From IMG/VR virus record IMGVR_UViG_3300049455_000007, positions 261-64,260 of that record: a stretch of 64,000 nt of DNA, one strand, 5' to 3'. Numbering within the stretch: the stretch's first letter is position 1; the number at the start of each line of letters is the position of its first letter. The translations under genes were made by a program, and so were the position numbers. Shown here piece after piece: positions 35,405 to 44,038 of this stretch. The notes below the pieces were generated by a model that made no database searches, was not told where the DNA came from, and worked only from the letters and a program-made list of their open reading frames with translations. This DNA comes from a virus. Its lineage: Duplodnaviria > Caudoviricetes.

Positions 35405-35851
35405 ATGAAAGAGTTCGTTACCGCAGCGGCGGATACCCTCGGGGAGGTCGACGAGGAATCAAAAATCACCTTCAGGCATGATGGCAGGGACATTACCTTC
35501 TTCGAGCCGTCCACCGGGCAGCAGGCCATCATGCTTGCTATGGGCGGCAGGGCCATGAACACGAAGACCATGGGCATGTTCATCCAGCTTTTCTTCGAGA
35601 TGGCCGAGGATGACACCGCACGCTACCTCCAGAGCCGTCTGCTTGACCGCAACGACACCTTCGATATTCAGGGTGAGGGCGGCATGTTCGACCTCTTCGA
35701 GGCTCTTACCGAGGAGTGGTCGGCCCGCCCTACCCGAGAGCCGTCCGACTCGCCCTCACCGCGGCGGGCGAATGGGCGCGCATCGACGGGCACTACACGG
35801 GCCAAGGCGTCGACCTCCTCAGGCTCCCGTTCTCGCGCTTCCTCAACGTAG
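35405..35851 (+). CDS. tail assembly chaperone
   Basis: Upstream of tape measure; EEWSARPT. Confidence 0.75.
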   Translation: MKEFVTAAADTLGEVDEESKITFRHDGRDITFFEPSTGQQAIMLAMGGRAMNTKTMGMFIQLFFEMAEDDTARYLQSRLLDRNDTFDIQGEGGMFDLFEALTEEWSARPTREPSDSPSPRRANGRASTGTTRAKASTSSGSRSRASST

Positions 35852-35985
35852 TACTGGTCTGGGTACTGGAGCGTCTCAGCGGTGAGGATGCGGAACAGTG
35901 GCTGGATGAATTGGACGGACCCCTCCCCGGCCAGCCGGACAGGTTCGCGGGGGAGGACGAGATGGAACAACTGAAGTACCTGTAA
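35728..35985 (+). CDS. tail assembly chaperone extension (-1 frame)
   Basis: Overlapping -1 frame AVRLALTAAGEWARIDG... ending before tape measure. Confidence 0.6.
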   Translation, partial: PYPRAVRLALTAAGEWARIDGHYTGQGVDLLRLPFSRFLNVVLVWVLERLSGEDAEQWLDELDGPLPGQPDRFAGEDEMEQLKYL

Positions 35986-36000
35986 CAGGAAGAGGTCCCC

Positions 36001-39000
36001 GTGGGAATCGGACGCCAAGTAGCCGACGCGTACATTGAAGTGCACGGGGACCTCTCCAAGTTCCGCCGGGACCTCGCTGAGGGTTCCGGTGCGGAGGCTG
36101 AGGCGATCAAGGGGGCCGACAAGTTCACGAAGGCGTGGGCTGACCGCGTCAAGCAGGGCGTGAACGAGAAGTGGGCCTCCATTGTCGACGCCATGTACTC
36201 GGACAAAAAGCTCGACTGGGACCGGATGATCGGTGCCTTCGACTCCCGGAACCTCGACGAGGCCGAAACCAAGATCACCGAGTTCATGGACAAGATGAAG
36301 GCGGCCGGGAAGCTCACGCAGGATCAGTTCGACGGTGCCAAGAAGTCCCTCGACGGTGTGCTCGAAGGCATGCGGGAGCAGAACAGGCTGCTGGACCGGC
36401 AGGAGCAGGAGACCCGGGGCTTGGGGATGGCCACCGACGCGAACCGGACACTGTTCGCCGAGGCCAACGCGGAGAACGAAAAGTGGGCACGCACCTTCGA
36501 GGGTATGTTCAAGAACAACCAACTTGCCAAGATCGAAGAGGACTTCAAGGGCATCGCCAAGGCCATGAACGAATCCGACTGGTCGAAGTTCACGAATGGT
36601 TTCGACAGCATGCAGGAGGCTTCCCGCCGGGTGCGGGAACTCAACGCCCTCATGCACGAGCAGGGCCGCATCACTGATGAGAACGCGGCGAAGGTGCAGA
36701 GCAGCATCGACCAGTACATTCAGGGCGAGAAGGACAAGTCCAAGGCGATGCGGGACTCGCTGGACGAAACCAACCGGCTGAGGAAAGCGCAGGACGACTA
36801 CAACGCCTCCCTGTCCGGGATGGCCCGCAACATCCACTTCGGTGAACTGGAAGGCCAGTTCAAGCAGCTTGCCCGCGCCATGGACTCAAACGACTGGTCC
36901 CATTTCGCCAAGGGTGCTGCGAACGCGAACGAAATGCAGGCCCGCATTGGCCAAGCCGCCGATGAAATGCACCGGCTGGGCCGGATGAGCGATGAGGAGT
37001 TGTCGCTCGTGAACAGCCGGGCCAAGGAGGCTGCAGGCAACTTCCGCCTGTTCTCCGGGGAACTGGCGAAGGCGGAGGCGATCATGGCCCGCTCCTCCTC
37101 CGGCGGCGGCGGCGGGGGTAAGTTCAAGAGCATGCTGGGCGGGCTGGGCGATGCAACCCGCGGCCTGCGTGAACACCTGCAGGGCTTCGCCGGGTTGAAC
37201 GTGTTCGGGGACATGATCGAGGGCGGTCTGGAGTTCCTCCACAACCTTGACCGCATCGCCGTCAGCGCCTCGCTGACCACGCTGAAACTCACCACGATGG
37301 CTTCGGTCGTGGGGTCGGCGCTCACCGCACTGTTCCCCATCGCAACAGACCTCGGCGGGATCATCGGCGGCCTTGGTGCGGCTTTGCCTGCGTTCGCCAC
37401 CGGCCTCGGGATCATGGGCTTCATTGCCATAGAAGCGCTGGGCGGCTTCGCCAAGCAGTACAAGAAGGAGATTCTGAAGTTCAAAGAGGACCTGCTGAAG
37501 GAGGTCATGGTCGGGCTTGACCCCGCCTTGAACAGGTTCAGGGACCAGACGCTGCCGACCCTGAAGAAGAACTTGGCGGACGCCGCCGGAGCCATGGGCC
37601 GGATGTTCGGCACCATCCTCGACGCCATCACCAAGAACGCCAACAACGACCTCATGACGCTGATGTTCAAGCGGATGAACGACGCGATGGACAAGTCCCA
37701 CGTCGGCGTCGAGGCGCTGGTCCACATCTGGGCGGTGCTCGGCGAAGTCGGCACCAGATTCTTTGACCGGTTCGCGACCGGCTTCAACGACATGGCGACC
37801 CAGTGGGCGGACTTCATTGATAAGTCCGCAGCCAACGGGGACATTGAGAAGTGGATCAACAACATGATCGACGGCTTCAAGGACCTGTTCCGGGCCTTCG
37901 ACGGTGCATTCGGCATCATCAACGCGGTCTCCGACGCCGCGCGTGCGGCTGGGTTCGGCGGCCTGAAGACCTTCGCCGACGCCCTTCAGAACGCCGCCGC
38001 CGCAATGCAGTCCATCGCATTCCAGAAGACCCTCTCCATCTACCTCGAAGGTATGCACGGGCTGGTGGGGAAGCTCGGCGACGCCCTGAAGGGGCTGGGT
38101 CCGGCGGCTGAGTCATTCGCCCCGACCGCCCTCGTGGCGCTGGGCAGCATCGGTGATGCCGTGTCCAAGTTGATCGGGTACGTCGGGGACATCTTCAAAA
38201 ACCCGGCGTTCCAGTTGGGCGTGAACAACTTCACCGCCGGTATTGCGGATGCGGTGCGGAAACTGGAGCCTGCGGTGAAGCCCTTCGGGGACTCCCTCGG
38301 CAACGCGCTGACCCTGCTTGGGATGATCGTCGGTTCCGTCGCGGGGATTGCCACGGCGTTTACTGTCACCCTCGGCCCGGTGCTGGACAACATGTCCGCG
38401 AAGATGCAGACTCTCGTCCAGCCGCTCGCGGATGCGGCGTCGAAGTTAATCACGGACATGAAGGGTCCGCTGGATGCGATCAACCGTGAAATCGTCGGAC
38501 CGCTGGTCGAGGGCATCCGGGACAAGCTGCTCCCGGCGCTGACCGGCCCGGGCGGGTTCACCGAGAAGTTCGGCGACTTCGCCACCAAGGTCATCACGGA
38601 CATCGGCCCCTCATTCAGGATCGTCGTCAACGAGGTGCTGCCCAACCTTGTGAAGGTCGCCACCGAAGTGCTGGGGCCGCTCGGGAGCCTCGTCGACCTC
38701 CTGTCCCCGACACTTGCGGCGACGGTGGGAGCCATCGGGACCGCCCTCGGCAATATGGCCAACGACATCAAGGTGCTCAAGAGCGAACTGCCGATCACCG
38801 AACTGTCGATTTTCAAGGCGTTCAGCCCGGAGGTAATCCAGAAGCAGATCGAGCAGGAGTCGGTCAAGCCGCAGAGGTGGAGCGAAATCCTCGCCATCTT
38901 CTTCACCAAGAACATCCAGACGGGCATGGAACTGGCGTGGACGGAGAAGATTTATCCCGCCATCGTCAAGGCCGATGACTGGGTGTGGGACAAAGCCACG

Positions 39001-40920
39001 GATGCCATCGACAAGCTGTTTACCGGCCACAACACCCAGACGGATCAGGCCCAAAGGAACCGGAAGTGGGTTGCATCCCTCTTCGGCATCCCCGACGCCG
39101 ACCAGTTCGACAAGGACGTGAACCAGTGGTTTGAGGACAACATCTTCAAGCCCACGCGCGAAATCGGCCCGGAAATCGGGCGGCTGTGGGACAAAACCAT
39201 CGGCTCGCTCTGGGACACCGTGTTCAACGGCAAGGGCGGGGGCGACAAGGGCACCGGCTCCGGCACGGGCGGCGGCTTGGGCAGTAGCGGTGCGGGTGGG
39301 CGCGGCCGTGGGGTCACGGGCAAGCTGGACCCGAACATCCTTGTCGGCACCCCGGCGGACACGGAGACGGCGTGGAAGACGTGGGGCGACGACATCATCG
39401 GGCGCATCCAGAAGATTCCGGGTGACATCTGGCAGGGCTTCCTCGACGGCTTCAACAGCCTGTCCGGCGGTGCTACCGGTATGGTGACGGCCATCGTCCA
39501 GAACTTCACCGGCTGGGTTCAGTCCGTGAAGGACTTCTTCGGCATCGCGTCCCCCTCCACCCTGATGCTGGGGATGGCCGGGGACATCGTGCAGGGCTTC
39601 ATCGACGGCTTTACTGACATCGGCACGAGGGTCGGGCAGGCGTGGGCCAACGTCGGCACGACCATCTCCACCAAGGTCGAGGAAATCAAGACCAACCTCG
39701 TTCAGTTCGGCACGGAGGTGCAGACGAACTGGGACCTGTTCTGGGGAGGCTTGGGCACGACGATCCAGACGAAGTGGACCGAGTTCACGACGTGGATTTC
39801 CACCACCACCGAGCAGATCAAGACCAACCTCGCCCAGTTCGGTACGGACGTGTCCACGAACTGGAACACGTTCTGGGGCGATGTTGGCACCTTCCTGCAG
39901 ACGAAGTGGACCGAGTTCACGACATGGGTTTCCACGAAAACGGAGGAAATCAAGACGAATATCGCCACCTTTGGCGAGACCGTCAAGACAAACTGGAACA
40001 CGTTCTGGACCGATGTCGGCACCACGATTCAGACGAAGTGGACCGAGTTCACGACGGCCATCAGCACCAAGGCCGAGGAAATCAGGACCAACCTCTCCAC
40101 CTTCGGCGAGAACGTCAAGACGAACTGGAACAACTTCTGGACCGAAGTGGGCAACAAGGTGTCCACCGCGTGGGAGGGCATCAAGTCCGGAGTCACGACC
40201 GGGATCGAGAACGTCATGACCTCTGTCCGGGAACTGCCGGGGAAGATCACCGGGGCGTTCTCGAACATGTGGCAATTGATGTCCGACGTGGGCAACAACA
40301 TCGCGAACGGACTGAAGGCCGGTATCGACGGTGGCGTCAAGTGGGTCACGGACGCTGCGACAACCTTGGCGAATGCTGCGGTCGACGCGGCCAACACCGC
40401 GCTGGGCAACAAGTCCCCGTCCAAGGTGTTCCGGCAGATCGGCCTGTTTACCGGCGAGGGCTACGTGCAGGGCATGAACTTGTCCGAGGCTCCGGTCGCG
40501 CTGGCCGCTGCCTCGATGGCGGCTGCCGCGACGGGCGGCATGCAGGCCCAGATCGACCCGCTCCGCAACACCATGCAGGCAATGGTCGACGCGCTGACAG
40601 GCCCGCTCACCGCGGACCTGTCCCAGTCACAGATGTACATCACGGGCAGGGACGCGGCGCAGGGTCTGGCCGACGGGCTGAAGGCCAACCGCTCCGCCGT
40701 GCACACCGCGCTCGGCACGTTGGGCGCGTTCACCGTGCCTTCCCAGTCGGTTATCACTGTCAGTGGTGCCATCGAATCGGCAGTTGGTCGACCGTCTGCC
40801 GAATCGGGCAACCACCTGACTATTGCGCAGGGGGCCATCAACATCACCACACCCACCCAGAATCCGGAACTGGTGGCCGCCAAGGTCATCGACGGCTTCT
40901 CCAACTTCTCCAGCTTCTGA
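36001..40920 (+). CDS. tape measure protein (1639 aa)
   Basis: Longest ORF, helical, Trp-periodic repeats, starts VADAYIEV. Confidence 0.95.
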   Translation: MGIGRQVADAYIEVHGDLSKFRRDLAEGSGAEAEAIKGADKFTKAWADRVKQGVNEKWASIVDAMYSDKKLDWDRMIGAFDSRNLDEAETKITEFMDKMKAAGKLTQDQFDGAKKSLDGVLEGMREQNRLLDRQEQETRGLGMATDANRTLFAEANAENEKWARTFEGMFKNNQLAKIEEDFKGIAKAMNESDWSKFTNGFDSMQEASRRVRELNALMHEQGRITDENAAKVQSSIDQYIQGEKDKSKAMRDSLDETNRLRKAQDDYNASLSGMARNIHFGELEGQFKQLARAMDSNDWSHFAKGAANANEMQARIGQAADEMHRLGRMSDEELSLVNSRAKEAAGNFRLFSGELAKAEAIMARSSSGGGGGGKFKSMLGGLGDATRGLREHLQGFAGLNVFGDMIEGGLEFLHNLDRIAVSASLTTLKLTTMASVVGSALTALFPIATDLGGIIGGLGAALPAFATGLGIMGFIAIEALGGFAKQYKKEILKFKEDLLKEVMVGLDPALNRFRDQTLPTLKKNLADAAGAMGRMFGTILDAITKNANNDLMTLMFKRMNDAMDKSHVGVEALVHIWAVLGEVGTRFFDRFATGFNDMATQWADFIDKSAANGDIEKWINNMIDGFKDLFRAFDGAFGIINAVSDAARAAGFGGLKTFADALQNAAAAMQSIAFQKTLSIYLEGMHGLVGKLGDALKGLGPAAESFAPTALVALGSIGDAVSKLIGYVGDIFKNPAFQLGVNNFTAGIADAVRKLEPAVKPFGDSLGNALTLLGMIVGSVAGIATAFTVTLGPVLDNMSAKMQTLVQPLADAASKLITDMKGPLDAINREIVGPLVEGIRDKLLPALTGPGGFTEKFGDFATKVITDIGPSFRIVVNEVLPNLVKVATEVLGPLGSLVDLLSPTLAATVGAIGTALGNMANDIKVLKSELPITELSIFKAFSPEVIQKQIEQESVKPQRWSEILAIFFTKNIQTGMELAWTEKIYPAIVKADDWVWDKATDAIDKLFTGHNTQTDQAQRNRKWVASLFGIPDADQFDKDVNQWFEDNIFKPTREIGPEIGRLWDKTIGSLWDTVFNGKGGGDKGTGSGTGGGLGSSGAGGRGRGVTGKLDPNILVGTPADTETAWKTWGDDIIGRIQKIPGDIWQGFLDGFNSLSGGATGMVTAIVQNFTGWVQSVKDFFGIASPSTLMLGMAGDIVQGFIDGFTDIGTRVGQAWANVGTTISTKVEEIKTNLVQFGTEVQTNWDLFWGGLGTTIQTKWTEFTTWISTTTEQIKTNLAQFGTDVSTNWNTFWGDVGTFLQTKWTEFTTWVSTKTEEIKTNIATFGETVKTNWNTFWTDVGTTIQTKWTEFTTAISTKAEEIRTNLSTFGENVKTNWNNFWTEVGNKVSTAWEGIKSGVTTGIENVMTSVRELPGKITGAFSNMWQLMSDVGNNIANGLKAGIDGGVKWVTDAATTLANAAVDAANTALGNKSPSKVFRQIGLFTGEGYVQGMNLSEAPVALAAASMAAAATGGMQAQIDPLRNTMQAMVDALTGPLTADLSQSQMYITGRDAAQGLADGLKANRSAVHTALGTLGAFTVPSQSVITVSGAIESAVGRPSAESGNHLTIAQGAINITTPTQNPELVAAKVIDGFSNFSSF
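40781..40798. promoter_or_regulatory. 18-bp palindrome family copy 18
   Basis: CAGTTGGTCGACCGTCTG near 3' end of tape measure. Confidence 0.75.
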
Positions 40921-40930
40921 GGGGGCAGGC

Positions 40931-42148
40931 ATGTTTGACGGGTACCTGAATGTTGGCGGGGTTGAGATACTCAACGTCGCGCGCACGTTCGCATATGTCA
41001 CGCAGCACATGCCCGGCGTCACCGTGCACTGCAACCAAGAAGCGCTGCGTGATGCACTCGGGCACTCCGTGTACACCAGCCCGGAGGATGACTCAGCGCC
41101 GTGGTATCAGGGCAACCGCGTGGCTGCGGGGCGCTTCTACGGTCTGTTCCCGCTGGGCGCGCAGGGCGCGGACGACTCCACCCGGAGCATGAAACTGACG
41201 CAACTGATCGGCGACGGGGCGGTGCACACGATGCCCCGCCACGGCCCCCGGGAAATCCGGGTCAAGGCCGTCGCTTTTGCACAGGACTACGAGGCCCTCA
41301 GTGAGGGGCTGGCGTGGCTGCGGGATGTGCTCGCCGGGGAAGGCTGCTCGGACCCGACCAAACTGGGCTGCCTCGGCAAGGAGGTCGTCATGTACGCGGC
41401 CGTGCCGACGGACTCCGCGGAGGAGGTGGAGTTCCGGCGCACCTTCCATCAGGTCGAGACAACGGACGGGCCACAGGTCACGAAGGTCTACCCGTCCAAG
41501 TCGGGCGTGATGGTTGGCGTGGAGTTCACCCTGACCGCGGGCGTGCCATGGGCGTTCACGACGGCGGCGTCCGTCGCGACACTGAACATGGACACGGCCC
41601 TGAACTTTCAGGACCCGGTCGGGGAGAACTGCTCCCCGATGAACATCGCCTACGACCAGTACATCGACGATCCCTACTTCACCGGGATTTCCCGGCCGCC
41701 ACAGCCGCCCGTGATCGCGCCACCGAACATCCTCGCCATCCATTCATGGCGGCGGCTGACGGCGGCGATCCCGGCGTACATGACGCAGCGCTGGGGCAGG
41801 ACGGTCCCGCTGGTGCGGGTGTGGACTTCCGCTACGGCGGCGCAGTTCCTGCGCGTCAGGTTCTACCGGCAGGGGAGCGGGCTGGACGGCTGCGACTTCG
41901 ACGGGGAGTTCCTCGTCTCCTATATCCCGGCGTGGTGCATGCTGACGCTGGACGCTATCCGCCGGTCCGCGACGATCCGGCGGCCGGACGGGTCGGTGGT
42001 ACCCGCCGGGCACCTGCTGTTCGGTTCGGACGGCAGGCCGTTCCAGTGGCCGAGCCTTGGCTGCCAGTACACGTACACCATGACTGCTGACCTGATGCCG
42101 GGGCAGGCGAACGTGTCCGTGTACTTGGAAGCGGCGGTGAGGGAGTAG
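40931..42148 (+). CDS. minor tail protein (distal tail-like)
   Basis: MFDGYLNVGGVEILN..., follows tape measure. Confidence 0.8.
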   Translation: MFDGYLNVGGVEILNVARTFAYVTQHMPGVTVHCNQEALRDALGHSVYTSPEDDSAPWYQGNRVAAGRFYGLFPLGAQGADDSTRSMKLTQLIGDGAVHTMPRHGPREIRVKAVAFAQDYEALSEGLAWLRDVLAGEGCSDPTKLGCLGKEVVMYAAVPTDSAEEVEFRRTFHQVETTDGPQVTKVYPSKSGVMVGVEFTLTAGVPWAFTTAASVATLNMDTALNFQDPVGENCSPMNIAYDQYIDDPYFTGISRPPQPPVIAPPNILAIHSWRRLTAAIPAYMTQRWGRTVPLVRVWTSATAAQFLRVRFYRQGSGLDGCDFDGEFLVSYIPAWCMLTLDAIRRSATIRRPDGSVVPAGHLLFGSDGRPFQWPSLGCQYTYTMTADLMPGQANVSVYLEAAVRE

Positions 42149-43278
42149 TGGCGCTGTCATGTGAGGTCCACAGTGCGGAACTCTACGACCGCGGCGGGAA
42201 ACGCAAGATCGGATCGCTGGGGCCGCTGACCCGGGTGAAGTGGGAGCGCCGCCGCGATGACATTTCCATGGCGACGGTGTGGGTGTCCACCGTCAGTCCG
42301 GAGTGCGCACAGGTCCTCGGGCTGCTGGAGACGAACCGCACCGAACTGGTGATCTTCCGCGGCAATAAACGCGTCTGGGAGGGGCCGGTGGAAAGGATCA
42401 CCTATCAAGGCTCCTCCGTGGAGGTTGAGGCGAAGGACGTGATGTTCTACGTCCAGCGCACCATCATGCGCAACGAGTACGACAACCGCTTCCCGAATGT
42501 GGGGCTGGTGCTGGACCGGGTCCAGCGGATCATGACGGCGGAGTTGGCCCGCAAGGAAGCGCTGGACCCGGCCGCGAACATCCTGCCGCACATCCGCTAC
42601 ATCTACTCCACCACCCCCGGAGTCGTGGACGCCCGGACGGCGGCGTGGACTCAGCCGTACGAGATGACGGTGTTCGCCCACGTCGACAACTTAGCGTGGC
42701 GCGGCGGGCTGGACTACACGGTCATCGGGCGATCCATCATGTTCTTCGACGTGCACGCGCGCATCGGCCAGACGCCGATGGTCACCGGGGACGACTTCAT
42801 TGGCGACCCGGTCATCACGCAGTACGGCACGGAACTGACGACGCACGTTGTGATGACGGACGGGAAGGGGCACTGGGGCGAGGCCGGTGGCATTGATCCC
42901 TACTATGGCGAATGGGAAGTGCTCCATCAGGCGTACGACGAGAACGCGGTCGTCGATCCATTGCACAACACCCCGCCGACGGTTGCGGAGATGACTTCGC
43001 AGGCGAAGCGGTCCTACCTTCAGGGGAAGCGCCCGCCTCTGGTTGTCCGCATCCCTGACAACACACGCCTCAACCCGAACGGAGTCCTGACGGTGGATGA
43101 CCTTGTGCCGGGTGTGTGGATTCCACTGACCGCTACCCTGCCGGGTCGCACCCTTAGCCAGATGCAGAAGCTGGATAGTATGACCGTTGAGGAGACCGCA
43201 GGGAACGGCGAGGAAATCAAGGTTGTCCTTTCCCCCGCATATCCCGAAAGCTATGTGGAGGTACCGCCGACGCCATGA
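42148..43278 (+). CDS. minor tail protein (tail hub/Tal-like)
   Basis: W.RRRDDIS.A..., position. Confidence 0.8.
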   Translation: MALSCEVHSAELYDRGGKRKIGSLGPLTRVKWERRRDDISMATVWVSTVSPECAQVLGLLETNRTELVIFRGNKRVWEGPVERITYQGSSVEVEAKDVMFYVQRTIMRNEYDNRFPNVGLVLDRVQRIMTAELARKEALDPAANILPHIRYIYSTTPGVVDARTAAWTQPYEMTVFAHVDNLAWRGGLDYTVIGRSIMFFDVHARIGQTPMVTGDDFIGDPVITQYGTELTTHVVMTDGKGHWGEAGGIDPYYGEWEVLHQAYDENAVVDPLHNTPPTVAEMTSQAKRSYLQGKRPPLVVRIPDNTRLNPNGVLTVDDLVPGVWIPLTATLPGRTLSQMQKLDSMTVEETAGNGEEIKVVLSPAYPESYVEVPPTP

Positions 43279-44024
43279 CAATAAACCCAATCAGCTTTGA
43301 CCCGTACCTCGGATGGGTGGACATCACCGATCCGGACAACGTCCCCGAGGGCGTGCGCACCATCAACGCTTCGGACCTGCTGCGCTATGAGAACCTCGGC
43401 TCCGTTTCCGCCGACAGGATCAACCAACTCATCACGGCTGCCGCGACAGTAGCCGCGCCAGCATGGGCCGACATCACGGGCAAGCCGCCGACGTTCACCC
43501 CGGCCACGCACACGCACGCCGGAGGGGACATTGCGCTGGCGTCGACCACACAGCCGGGCGCGCTGTCGGCCGCGGACAAAACCAAACTGGACAACGCCAC
43601 CGCGGCGGCTACTGCTTCCCGTGTGGTCATCCGGGACGGGGCGGGCCGGGCGGCTTTCGCTGCACCGTCGGCCTCAGGGGACGCCGCGACCAAGGGCTAC
43701 GTCGACGGTCTCTTCGTCGATACCGGGTGGCTGACTGTGGCGCTCAGGTCCCCGTGGACGCAGTCGACTGCGTTCGGTTCGACCGGCCTGAAGCTCAGGG
43801 TCAAGAACGGCACCGCGTTCCTGAACGGCCGCATCGAGAACACCTCCGCGTGGCTGCTCGGTGATGTCCTCGTTGACGAAATCGAGTCCCTGAACGCGGC
43901 CGTCCGAAACCCCACCAACCGGGCCGTCGGCGTGAACTGTATCGTCCAGACCGACGGCGTTGTCATCGTCACCGTTGCCGGTGGTCCCGGGGGGCAGACC
44001 CTCTCCTGCTCGTGGCCCACGTAA
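43275..44024 (+). CDS. minor tail protein
   Basis: THTHAGGDI, GALSAADKTKLD, DAATKGYVD fibre-type motifs. Confidence 0.75.
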   Translation: MTINPISFDPYLGWVDITDPDNVPEGVRTINASDLLRYENLGSVSADRINQLITAAATVAAPAWADITGKPPTFTPATHTHAGGDIALASTTQPGALSAADKTKLDNATAAATASRVVIRDGAGRAAFAAPSASGDAATKGYVDGLFVDTGWLTVALRSPWTQSTAFGSTGLKLRVKNGTAFLNGRIENTSAWLLGDVLVDEIESLNAAVRNPTNRAVGVNCIVQTDGVVIVTVAGGPGGQTLSCSWPT

Positions 44025-44038
44025 TGAGGGCCGGATAG

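Noticed and set aside
22428-40275. Long minus-strand ORFs (for example 22428..23936, 29264..30265, 38611..40275)
   Set aside because: Antisense shadows of strongly GC3-biased structural genes; no RBS or motifs.
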